Positions 1 through 10,756 of a DNA stretch of 44,298 nucleotides are shown here, piece by piece. Position 1 is the stretch's first letter. Each line of letters begins with the position of its first letter. The DNA comes from Octopus bimaculoides (Eukaryota): contig NC_069001.1 in assembly GCF_001194135.2 (NCBI RefSeq), positions 9,461,187 through 9,505,484 on the forward strand. The letters run 5' to 3'. The notes beneath the pieces were generated by a model. That model was given only the letters and a program-made list of their open reading frames with translations. It made no database searches and was not told the origin of the DNA. The position numbers and the translations under genes were made by a program.

Positions 1-41
<41 letters not shown>

Positions 42-178
42 GATGTATATATATATATATGTAGATGTATATATATATATATGTAGATGTATATATATAT
101 ATATGTAGATGTATATATATATATGTAGATGTATATATATATATGTAGATGTATATATGTATGTATATATATATATAC
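1..178. repeat. (AT)n-based minisatellite with six GTAGATGT-containing units
   Basis: gtagatgt recurs at 39, 61, 83, 105, 125 and 145, separated by (AT)n. Confidence 0.9.
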
Positions 179-485
179 AGTTTGGACATATATTTATACG
201 CACAGATGATGTCAAGGGTAAAGCGAGATTGCTATCTTCTTAATGGCTGCCTTTGTTAAACTTTCTAACTTTGCAAAACGGTAAACACCTTGCATACCGT
301 CCTGAACCACACGCATGCGTGCTCATACACATGCACACACTCACACCAAGCATACACATGTACACCTGCACGCACGCATGCACACATTGCACAAATGCAT
401 ATACACACTACTTCATAAGTATATCAAACATTAAAGCTGCTAACAAGAATATCAACGAAAACGACTTTAACTATTACTGATGCAG

Positions 486-542
<57 letters not shown>

Positions 543-553
543 ACTACTACTAA

Positions 554-792
554 GGTAGTGAGCTGGCCGAACCCTTAAAACCCCAACTAAAATGCTAAGC
601 GGTATTTCATTCGACTTTGTGCTCAGAGTTCAAATTCCGCCGACGTCGACTTTACATTTCATTCTTTCGGGGAAGATAAGATAAGTACCAGTTGAACACT
701 GGAGTGGACGTAATCGACTAGTCCCCACCCCTAAAATTTCAGGCCTTGTGCCTTTAGTGGAAAGGATTATCATTATTATTATTATTATTATT
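554..792 (+). mobile_element. tRNA-derived SINE, family A (local label), with (ATT)n tail
   Basis: Head gagctggccgaa, B-box-like gagttcaaattcc, body gtcgacttt..tttcatyctttcgggg..gata..ataagtaccagttg, 3' end aaatttcaggccttgtgcc. Shared with more than 10 other copies in the window. Confidence 0.9.
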
Positions 793-849
793 GAGTGAGA
801 GAGCAGTGCATACCATCAAAGTGACACTGGGGTAAAATATACGAAGCCC
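771..849 (-). mobile_element. 3' end of an (AAT)n-tailed retroelement (family G, local label), 5'-truncated
   Basis: gagtgagagagcagtgcataccatcaaagtgacactggggtaaaatatacgaagccc matches 13087-13143. Both copies end in (AAT)n on the minus strand. Confidence 0.75.
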
Positions 850-854
850 GTAGG

Positions 855-1540
855 GGTCTGAATCCACCAGACCTTGATTGACCCATAATACTATCCAGCG
901 GTATGCACATACCTCCTTATATGGCGAGCTCCTGGCCCACAGTGTATTCCTGACCCACATTGTATTCCTGGCCAATGTTTGCTCGTCACTTTTTTGCACA
1001 CCCTCAGAGCAGTACTGATCACCTCGAGGTGTTTTATGTCCGACGACATTACGATGTCATCGTCCACATATACAGAAACAGCTCTTCCACATTCAAGTTC
1101 TTGCGGGAAGCACTTCAAAACTCTAACTTATGCCTTAGTAGCTTGTACAGAAGTGACGAGAGGGGACACCCTTGACGGACTGAACGCGTGGTACTAAACG
1201 GTTTTGATAGCTGGTCATTTGTTCTTGTCATAGAACAGATGTTGTACATTGCAGCCATACGGTCTATGAAGACGACAACAAGGCTAACATCCTTGAGGAC
1301 AGCTTGCTAAAACCTGATGATCAACACCTCGGAAGGTTTCGATCAGACCCACACCCGTGCCAGGCTCACTCTTCTATGATGTATCCTGAGATGCAGACGT
1401 TGTCGTAGATATATCTATTTGGGATGGCTTACGTATGTACCTCGCCAACCAAAGTATCGATGTCAAGTGCCATTCTCTTAGCTAATGCCGTGGCCAAAAT
1501 CATCAACTCTGCATTTAAAAGCGTTTCGTCCTGAAGTATC
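855..1540 (-). pseudogene. Decayed non-LTR retrotransposon ORF2 reverse-transcriptase fragment, L1/Tx1-like
   Basis: Manual minus-strand translation across stops and frameshifts gives LLNAELMILATALAKRMALDIDTLVGE, AIPNRYIYDN, FSTTRSVRQGCPLSSLLY and VSVYVDDDIV. These are the LINE RT motifs RPIxLLN, RQGCPLS and YxDD in the correct order. Confidence 0.9.
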
Positions 1541-1704
1541 TAAATAAGTCTAGAAAAATTGGCCAAGGGCGAACCTTACCGCTAGCATATCAATCGTATT
1601 TTCTTTACAAAGCTTTTATTTTCTGTTCCTATCTAGCTCTCCTACTTTAGAATTCTCTCTCACTATTTACTTACTAAACCTTATCGATTCTAATCTAGTA
1701 GCCC

Positions 1705-1840
1705 ACTTTCAGTTTCTGTCTTCCAAATCCACTCACAAGGCTTTAGTCGGCAAGAGGCTATAGTAGAAGACACTTGCCCAAGTTGCCACACAATGGGACT
1801 GAACCCGGAACCATGTGGTTGGAAAGCAAGCTTCTTACCA
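1705..1840 (-). mobile_element. CORE-like tRNA-derived SINE, family B
   Basis: Reverse complement contains tggtaagaagcttgctttccaaccacatggttccgggttcagtccc then cttgggcaagtgtcttctactatagcctc. The cttgggcaagt segment resembles the MIR CORE domain. Confidence 0.85.
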
Positions 1841-3839
1841 TCTTTTAAATGTATGAATCCTAAGGTTGTGGCCCACGGTTGCCGACTACCAAATTTCAGT
1901 CACAATGTTTTAGTTCGTTCGGGTAAAATAAAATTTACCCAAGGTTCGAACCTAAAGCAGGTTGTTAAGAAGCGAAATTCTAACCACACGAGCACGTCAT
2001 TGTGTGTTGTAAAGATGTCTGTTTGTATGTACTTAGTTCTGGTCAACGTGCTTTTCTATTTTTGTGAAGTTGTTAATTTTTATCGCCGTAAATACATGCA
2101 TGGCCTCAGCAAAAATTCTTTTACCCGTTCATTATAATAATTTTACTATTTGTATGTAATATTATTACGATTTCTATGAAGATAAAGGCATGAATTTAGT
2201 GAAGCATGTTCACCATTTTCAGGGATGCATTTTCTGTTTTCTTTATTTAATTACACACCGAAGTCTTTCTTTACGCTATTTTTCTAAGTATTTCTCGATG
2301 GGAAAGATTTATATTCGCTATTTCCATGCAAATAAATACTTAGAACTATTTATTTTACTTATCTTTTTCTTTTTTCCTTTTTTTTTGTGTATATAGAGTA
2401 GTATCATTCTATCATTTCATCGAAGACCTTATTTTTTTAGTTTTATATGTGGCCACATTCCTGGCAATGAGGTCGGTATTCTCCCGCCATGTCTTCTTTT
2501 AACTCTCGTTAGGTCTCGTAGGGTAAAAGAAAAAAGAAACCCAGTTATGTTTTTTCCCATTTTTTATAATATTTTTTTTAGAGTCAGAATATAAATAAGA
2601 TATTGTGAATGAGAAGTGTCAATTGAACTACACCAAAATAAAAATAAAAAATTCTATAAAAAAATCATAGATAAAATACATAAAGGGGAGCTTAATTTTG
2701 GCGAGGTTTATTCGGCCATTTTCTGTAGATATTTGTTATTCTGAGGTGTTTGTTGGCTTGTTTGTCTATTTGTTTGATGATTCGTTTGTTTGTTTGAAGA
2801 CTTTTGTTTTGTTTTGTTTGCCCACCCTCACTTCTTCCTTAACAACATATCTGCCATTTCTATGTAGAATAGCTGCAAGTTTCTAGTAACTTCTATCACA
2901 TCTACCTACATAATCTACGTGCTCTTCCGACAAGTTATGTCTCTCTCTTTCTCTCCCCCCCTCTCTCTCTCTCACGTTCTCTTTTTCTTTCTTTCTGTTT
3001 CGTATTTTTTTTCTGTCTCTTTACACACACACATATGCACATTCTCATATGAACACTCGTTACAAAATACTCTTCCAAACTGACTTTCTCAAGTCCACAG
3101 GCATCAAAGACAAAGAAGATGAAGGAAGGTGAAAAGAATATAGCAAAAAAAAAAAAAAAGCGGAAAAAAAACGAAAAAACCCAAAACACAAGAAATATGA
3201 CCAAAATATATAAATATATAAAAATGTAAAGAACGCACAAAAAAAAAAAAGCAAAAAACATGTAGATTGATAAACGCAAATAAGAAGATCTCCCCAAAAC
3301 AAAACAAGTAAATTTGCTCGCCAAAGTGAAAACAGAAGCCTTTCACTGCGTCGATATCTAATTGGTATCTTAAGGAGGCCATAAAGACATTGACGTGGAG
3401 AAGCACACACATATATCACACACCGNNNNNNNNNNNNNNNNNNNNNNNNNNNNNNNNNNNNNNNNNNNNNNNNNNNNNNNNNNNNNNNNNNNNNNNNNNN
3501 NNNNNNNNNNNNNNNNNNNNNNNNNNNNNNNNNNNNNNNNNNNNNNNNNNNNNNNNNNNNNNNNNNNNNNNNNNNNNNNNNNNNNNNNNNNNNNNNNNNN
3601 NNNNNNNNNNNNNNNNNNNNNNNNNNNNNNNNNNNNNNNNNNNNNNNNNNNNNNNNNNNNNNNNNNNNNNNNNNNNNNNNNNNNNNNNNNNNNNNNNNNN
3701 NNNNNNNNNNNNNNNNNNNNNNNNNNNNNNNNNNNNNNNNNNNNNNNNNNNNNNNNNNNNNNNNNNNNNNNNNNNNNNNNNNNNNNNNNNNNNNNNNNNN
3801 NNNNNNNNNNNNNNNNNNNNNNNNNNNNNNNNNNNNNNN

Positions 3840-3895
<56 letters not shown>

Positions 3896-4258
3896 TCTTT
3901 ATATATATGTATATTTATCTGGCACCCCAGCACAGAGTTACCTATCTATTCACCTCTCTCTCCCCCACACTCCTACCCATTCACCATACCTGCCTCACGC
4001 TCCTCACAGCCCACAACCTCCCAGCTTTATTTATCCACACAACACTAGTCCATCCAACCTCTTTTTAGCAACCTACCCCGCCACCACCAGAAACCTCACA
4101 TTGTGGCCCCAAATCTTAACCCATGCGATATTTGTTGTTGTTGCTATTACTAATATTATTATCATTATCATTATTGTTATTGTTGTTGGTTTTATTATTC
4201 TGCGGTTTATTTTTTATTTATTCATTACTTGATTCTTGTATTAGCCTTCATACACGAG

Positions 4259-4378
4259 GGGCAGGCGTGGCTGTGTGGTAAGAATCTTGCTTCCCAACCA
4301 CAAAGTTTCTGGTTCAGTTCCATTTCGTGGCACCTTGGGCAAACGTGTTATATTGTGGCCTCGGGTAGACTTTGTAGA
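4259..4378 (+). mobile_element. SINE family B copy
   Basis: gcaggcgtggctgtgtggtaagaatcttgcttcccaaccac...gtggcaccttgggcaa. Confidence 0.85.
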
Positions 4379-4384
4379 TTTTGT

Positions 4385-4427
4385 AAGCATTTAGTCCGGC
4401 GTGCTAACGATTCAGCCGGCTCGCCGC
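4385..4427 (-). mobile_element. SINE family A head fragment
   Basis: Reverse complement gcggcgagccggctgaatcgttagcacgccggactaaatgctt equals the family A 5' end. Confidence 0.75.
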
Positions 4428-4458
4428 TAACATCTTGCTAATATGTTAAGCTTTAATA

Positions 4459-4655
4459 GGGCGACAAGCTGGCAGAATCGGGAGCACACCGAACAAAATG
4501 CTTAGCAACATTTCGTCCGTCGCTACGTTCTGAGTTCAAATCCTGCCAAGGTTGCCTTTGCCTTTCATTTTTTCGGGGGTCGATAAATTAAGTACCAGTT
4601 GAACACTGGAGTTGGTAAAACCCTTTTCCCAAGATTGCTGCCTTTGTGGGAATAC
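4459..4655 (+). mobile_element. SINE family A copy
   Basis: agctggcagaatc...gagttcaaatcc...gcctttcattttttcgggggtcgataaattaagtaccagttg. Confidence 0.85.
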
Positions 4656-4774
4656 ATACAACAATGAAACCGGGAAACCAAGCCCATGAGCCTGGCTAGG
4701 CTTAAAAGGGCGCACTATCATTATTATTATCATCATCATCATCATTATTATTATTATTATTATTATTATTAAAA

Positions 4775-4945
4775 CGGCGAGCTGGCAGAAACGTTAGCAC
4801 GCCGGGCTAATTGCTTAGCGGTATTTCGTCCGTCTTCACGTTCTGAGTTCAAATTCCGCCGAAGTCGACTTCGACTTTCATCCTTTCGGAGTCGATTATT
4901 GAAGTATCCCAAAATTTCAGGCCTTGTGCCTAGAGTAGAGAAGAA

Positions 4946-4982
<37 letters not shown>
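4775..4982 (+). mobile_element. SINE family A copy with internal deletion, flanked by (ATT)n on both sides
   Basis: Near-consensus head and 3' end. The central ataagtaccagttg..aatcgact part is missing. (ATT)n at 4717-4770 and 4946-4982. Confidence 0.9.
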
Positions 4983-4985
<3 letters not shown>

Positions 4986-5466
4986 GTTTTCTTCACTTTT
5001 TGTCTTTGTTGGTCTGTGCCATGGATCTTTACTGCAATGATGTACGTGTGCGATAGGTGGAGGGTGGGGACCTGTTCTTTGGGGGGGAAGAAATTGTTTT
5101 CGTGCGTGTAGTGTGGTGGTTCCGTTTGATAATGTGCTCAATGCGTGAGGTGGGTGGTGTTTAGGCTTTACGTATGATAAAAAAATCAGAACCCTCACTT
5201 CATTATACCNNNNNNNNNNNNNNNNNNNNNNNNNNNNNNNNNNNNNNNNNNNNNNNNNNNNNNGTATGCTTGTGTGTGTCTGTGCATAGGTGTATATATG
5301 TGTATAAAAACGTGTCTATAAGAATAAGTATTATAGTTTATATATATATATATATATATATGCATGTATATATAATGTGTGAATGTGTGTGTATGTATAT
5401 ATATATATATAGAGAGAGAGAGAGATATATTTATATATATATATGCATGTATATATAATGTGTGAA

Positions 5467-5508
<42 letters not shown>

Positions 5509-5971
5509 AATATATATACATATATGATGTGTGAATGTGTCCGCGTGGGTGGGTGAAGTGTAAGTAGGTAGGCAAAGAATGAAATAAGCAACCCTCGAAA
5601 AAAATTGTTCCTTATGAAGATCTTGAAGATATGAAGATAATAAAGCGATGTAAAGGAAGAAATGTAAAAATCTAAAGTAGGTGTGTGACAGGTTAAGGAC
5701 CATTTCGAAGAATGGTTGGTGGCTAAAGGCTGGGTTGGCTAGAAGAATTCCTTAGGGACTGCATTCGTATGAAGGGAAAGGCCGAATACATAGTATACAG
5801 CATGTATCTTTATCGTTTAAACTTCAGCTTTGTTAGCATCAATCTAAAGCATCTTAATGAAAGACAAATGGAAAAATATAAATAAAAAGACGAAAATACT
5901 GTCCACTTGCCTGCATCTTTTTTTGTGGCTCTTATGTTTGTGTTTTATTTAATATTAACAACAAGACTAAA

Positions 5972-6380
5972 GGGAGCGAGATGGCAGAGTCGTTAGCCCG
6001 CCGCGCAAAATGCTTAGCGGCATTTCACTCGTTTTTACGTTGAGTTCAAATTCCACCGAGGTCGACTTTGCCTTTCATCCTTTCGGCGTCGATAAATTAA
6101 GTACCAGTTGCGTACTGGAGTCGATCAAATCGACTGGTCCACTCTCCAAAAATGTCGGGCCTTGTGCCTAGAGTGGAAATGAATCGTTAGCACGCCGGGA
6201 AAAATGCTTAGCGGCATTTCATCCGTCTTTACGTTGTGTGTTCAAATTCCGGTAAGGTCGATTTTGCTTTTCATCCTTACGGGGTCGATAAAATAAGTTC
6301 CTGTTGGACACCGTGGTCGATGCAGTCGACTTACCCCCTCTCCCGAAATTACTGGTCTTGTGCTAAACCTTGAAATGAAC
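5972..6380 (+). mobile_element. Head-to-tail dimer of SINE family A
   Basis: Copy 1 spans 5972-6184 and copy 2 spans 6181-6380. They are joined at gaat, and both have the B-box and central domain. Confidence 0.85.
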
Positions 6381-6539
6381 GTTAACAACAAGACATTGGT
6401 TGGTTGTCTAGTTGACTGGTTTTTGGCTGTATGTCTGGTGGGTGGCTTAAAAGGATATTTGCTTTTCTTTGCTCACGATATTTATTTGTGGACGTGTGTG
6501 TCTGCGTTTATCCATCCATCCCTCTCTGCATGCATAATA

Positions 6540-6741
6540 CAAGATGTTATCAAAAAGTTCCCAGACTACTTATGTTTAATTAAAAATAAGTTTAAACATC
6601 GTCTCCTTCGAAATAGCCAGCTTGCGCAACAATATACCGCTCCCAGGGTTCCTACCACTTTTGAAATCTGGCCTGTAAGTCGTTTTCTGTAAGGGAGTCG
6701 AGGACCTTCTGCGATTCACTCTTGATCTTCACAACGGTATC
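6540..6741 (-). mobile_element. Mariner (Tc1/mariner) 3' end: transposase C-terminus remnant plus terminal inverted repeat
   Basis: Minus-strand 6741-6592 translates DTVVKIKSESQKVLDSLTENDLQARFQKW*EPWERYIVAQAGYFEGDDV*, matching the mariner C-terminal W..RW..CI...G.YFEG motif. A TIR-like end TA|caagatgttatcaaaaagttcccagact starts at 6538. Confidence 0.85.
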
Positions 6742-6756
6742 GGTTTCTAAAGTAGA

Positions 6757-6903
6757 AACTCGTTGTACCAATCAACTGAATTACCTGTTCATTGCATTAG
6801 CATGAAAGTGGTTGAGAGTTCCGCAGACACATGCAGCTCCCTTAATGTAAGTAGTTTCAGACAGCATCAGTGTAACAATGTGACAAAGTTAAACCTTTAA
6901 ATT
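6757..6903 (-). mobile_element. Old degenerate copy of SINE family E 3' half
   Basis: Aligns loosely with 39640-39790 (aagtggttgagagttccgcagacac..cccttaatgta..tgtgacaa..ccttta). Confidence 0.6.
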
Positions 6904-6939
6904 ATTGCTGCAATCTCTCCAACGAGCTTCCTCAAGAAG

Positions 6940-7210
6940 TGTGGGATCGTAGCGAGCTTAATTTGGTTCGAAACGCAGTCTGAGATATGCAGTCGGAGAA
7001 CACGACGAATACAGAAGCGATCGAAGACCTCTCCAGCTTCTGGACATATTTGTATGATTATATCCAAATCTGCTCACCTGGATTTCTTTAATAGAGACTC
7101 TTTATTCTGAGACCTGAGACGTCGATAAAGACTGCGGAATGTAAGTTCAAATCATTTGAGCGCCAAAAATGTTTTCTATATTGAGCATCTGTGGATCTCA
7201 TCTGTTGAAT
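6940..7210 (-). pseudogene. Highly decayed RTE-like LINE ORF2 C-terminal remnant
   Basis: With one frameshift the minus strand reads VQKLEVFDRFCIRRVLRLHISDCVSN, resembling the RTE motif KLEVFDHRCLRRILRI.W.DRVSN. Upstream similarity is weak. Confidence 0.5.
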
Positions 7211-7750
7211 CTAGATATGTGTGTACGTAAACAGCTATCGATATCAATAAGGATCGCAGCCGTACTAGGAGCTACAACACATACATATATATGCATGTAA
7301 CTGTAAATGGAGGTAATACGAGTAAGGTTGTACATATGAAAGTACGTATATTAAACAGTTTGTTCAAGTGAATCTTTACATGTTCTCTACATTCCCTTGT
7401 ACAATTAAGTCGTTCTCCATATACTACTCAATCTCCAAGATAGTTCTTTAAAATCTCTCCCACCAACCCCTCTCTCTCTAAATATATATATATGTATATT
7501 TATGCTTTAATCTCTTTTCTTATGCATTTTTATATATTTGTGTGTGATATTATGTCCATTCCAATTCACTTTGCTTCAGCTTATATGCGCTCCTTCATGT
7601 ATATAAGTGAGTTTTTATTTTCAATGTTTGCACGAGCATATTTGTGCTTAACTGTTTTCGTATATATGTGTAAATATATGAATATGAGTGTATCATCATT
7701 CATACATACATACATGCGTACGTACGTACGAACATACATACATGTGTGTA

Positions 7751-7792
<42 letters not shown>

Positions 7793-8083
7793 NNNNNNNN
7801 NNNNNNNNNNNNNNNNNNNNNNNNNNNNNNNNNNNNNNNNNNNNNNNNNNNNNNNNNNNNNNNNNNNNNNNNNNNNNNNNNNNNNNNNNNNNNNNNNNNN
7901 NNNNNNNNNNNNNNNNNNNNNNNNNNNNNNNNNNNNNNNNNNNNNNNNNNNNNNNNNNNNNNNNNNNNNNNNNNNNNNNNNNNNNNNNNNNNNNNNNNNN
8001 NNNNNNNNNNNNNNNNNNNNNNNNNNNNNNNNNNNNNNNNNNNNNNNNNNNNNNNNNNNNNNNNNNNNNNNNNNNNNNNNNNN

Positions 8084-8114
<31 letters not shown>

Positions 8115-8727
8115 TTATACACATATAATAACACACAGACATGTGTGTATGCTTGTGTATGTATGTATGTGTGTGCGTGCCTGCGTCTTTGAAAGAGAAA
8201 GGTAAAGCGATATGTTGAGGAGAGAGATTTTGGCGCGCCAGTAATTCTGCATATAATAGCATTTGAACCTCTCCACTTTGTTGCTAATGTGGTATTGATG
8301 AAGGAATAATGGTTGGATTATAATCTTTAAAGTATTTCAAGAGTCTTTTACACAGAGAATAGCAAAGAATGAAAAGCCAAGAAATATTGTTTAGTAAAAT
8401 ATAAATGAAAATAATAATCCGTCCCGTTGTTCTGTTGTGAAGAAGAATTCTTCTCTATAAAACCAAACAGATATTATCCTGCAATAATTATAAAACATAA
8501 AACCATTCACCATTTTTTTTCTTCTTCTTTTTTAACTAAAAAAGATTAGCCAATTAGCAAGACTGATAAAAACACAGAAAGAATAAAAGAAACAAGAAAA
8601 AGATGATAAGAAGCAACTTGTTTTGTGAGAATTCGTTTATTTTTCTATAAAGTCAAAAAACTCTTAAAAACCTTACCTTACTTTAAATACTCTTCATATT
8701 TCTTCATCTCTTCATCTCTGCTGTTGT

Positions 8728-8985
8728 TCATGTTGCAGTTGTCGTTGTTGTTGTTGTTGTTGTTGTTGTAGTCGTTGTTGTTGGGGTTGTTGTCATAATC
8801 CATTCCTATTTAAGTTATCTTCAGTTCACCACTACTACCGCCAGCACCACCACCAACACCAACACCACCACTACCACTACCACCACCACCGCTACCAATA
8901 CCACCACCGCTACCAATACTGCCACCACCACCACCGCTGCCACTGCTGCTAGCAACGCTTCCACCACCACTGCTACTATTACTAT
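8728..8985. repeat. Compound trinucleotide low-complexity tract (GTT)n / (ACC)n
   Basis: Directly visible. Confidence 0.9.
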
Positions 8986-9002
8986 CACAGGAAAATTAAA
9001 TT

Positions 9003-9130
9003 TTGCAGAGTCGTTATAACAGAAAACCAGGTGACTTTAAATCCGTCAGGTCCTTAGTTCAAATCCTGCAAGAAGTGATTTTTCTTTTTCATTCTTCTAG
9101 GATCAATAAAATAAACACCATTCAAATACT
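9003..9130 (+). mobile_element. Degenerate SINE family A copy
   Basis: gcagagtcgtta...agttcaaatcctgc...tttcattcttctaggatcaataaaataaacacca. Confidence 0.6.
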
Positions 9131-9936
9131 GTTCCTATGATGAATTCCCTACATGTATTATCAAAGGTCTGCATGATTTTAACGAGAAAGGGAATTAAAA
9201 AAAAATTACTTCATGACGTGGGGACATTCAGTAAAATATAGCTGAGCGATATTGGATGCGAGTGTTGTAGTTGTTGTTGCTGTTGTTGTCATAATAATTT
9301 CCTCTCAGAGTTATCTTCAGTTCACTACAACATCATCACAACGATACTAGAATACAGGACTCTACATTAACGGGAGCGAACGCTGCAAGTTTTGTATAGC
9401 CTAGCGAGCAAGGACACTGAAAGACTGCCTGAAACCTGGATCACTGAAGACTCACCAAGAAATTTACAGTTGTTGCATCCATGTTAAACACTACATGCTG
9501 CAAAGCATGGGATTCCTCGTTCGTATTCCGAGTAGACACAGAAGGGTCCTTAACGACCTAAAAACAGCTCAAGAGGAAAACCTCCTGTTCACCCCTCTTT
9601 TGGCTCACAAAAACTTGTCCGAGGGAGATAACATGTCCCCACTGACCCCGGATTAATTAATCTTTGGCGACTTACTGACGAAATGACCATCACGGATTCC
9701 TGTCTCTGATCAGTTACATTTGTCTTCGGCTGTAGAGTCTGACGAGTGGTTCTCGTCATTGGTCACTCTATGAACGGACATAGACTTAACCACTTATAAA
9801 TACATTTCTTCTGCTCCATGCTTTAGAGTGTTTCTTTTTCAGATATATGATACACCGACGATATATATATATATATATAAATACATATATATATATATAA
9901 ATACATATATATATATATATATGTACACACATACAC

Positions 9937-10096
9937 ACGACGGGCTTCTTTCGGTTTCCAAATCCAGTCACAAGGCTTTGGTCTGTGTGAGGCTAGGCCA
10001 TAGTAGAAGACACTTACTCAAGGTGCCATGCAGGGTGACTGAACCCGGAACCATGTGGTTGAGAAGCAAGCTCCTTCCCACACAGCCACAACTGCA

Positions 10097-10098
<2 letters not shown>
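9937..10098 (-). mobile_element. SINE family B, near full length
   Basis: Head (ggtgcagttgtggctgtgtggg..ggttccgggttcagtc), CORE-like segment and tail (gaaagaagcccgtcgt) are all present. Confidence 0.9.
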
Positions 10099-10150
<52 letters not shown>

Positions 10151-10692
10151 CAGCACACAAAGCTATGCAAATAAGAGCAAAGAAAAGCACCAAAGGTTTG
10201 TCACAACAATAACAACAAAATAATTGATCAATGAAAGCAAAACGTAGTTCCAAAACAATAACAAAAACAAAAGCAAAATCCAGAACAGCAAAAGCACCAG
10301 GAATTAAAAAAAAAACACAACCAAAACAGCATGAGCAAGAAGAAGACTAAGAAGAAGAAGAAGAAGAAGACAGCAACAACAATGCTGAACATATATCGTT
10401 GGCAAGTTTCGCACATGTGTTGGGAAACATGTTTTTGAAAACAGTGAAAGAAATAAACAGAAACGATGGTATCTTTAGAATTAAAATAGTTAAAACATTA
10501 AGTGGAATAAACAGCTCAATGTATCGATAATATAGAAGAGAAAGACAGATCGATAGATGTGAAGTAATAGATAAGTATATAAATGCATATATAAAAAGAT
10601 CGCTTGGAAAAAAAACACACACACACACATCAACAACAGCAAGAAAATACGAGAAAAAATAACAATAATAAATAGGTGAAAAAAGAAGGAAA

Positions 10693-10756
10693 ATGTTATC
10701 AAAGAAACAACTTCCTTTATTCACCCCTCTCTCATGCACACGTGGTGAGATCAAAG
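10693..10756 (+). other. Candidate first coding exon (MLSKKQLPLFTPLSCTRGEIK, phase-1 donor); unverified
   Basis: AAAATG start context after a roughly 500-bp A-rich, repeat-poor leader. Consensus donor AAG|GTGAGT at 10757 and a second donor CAG|GTAAGG at 10769. No homology recognised. Confidence 0.25.

Noticed and set aside
8228-8240. E2F-like palindrome TTTTGGCGCGCCA
   Set aside because: A single site with no CpG-island or other promoter support.
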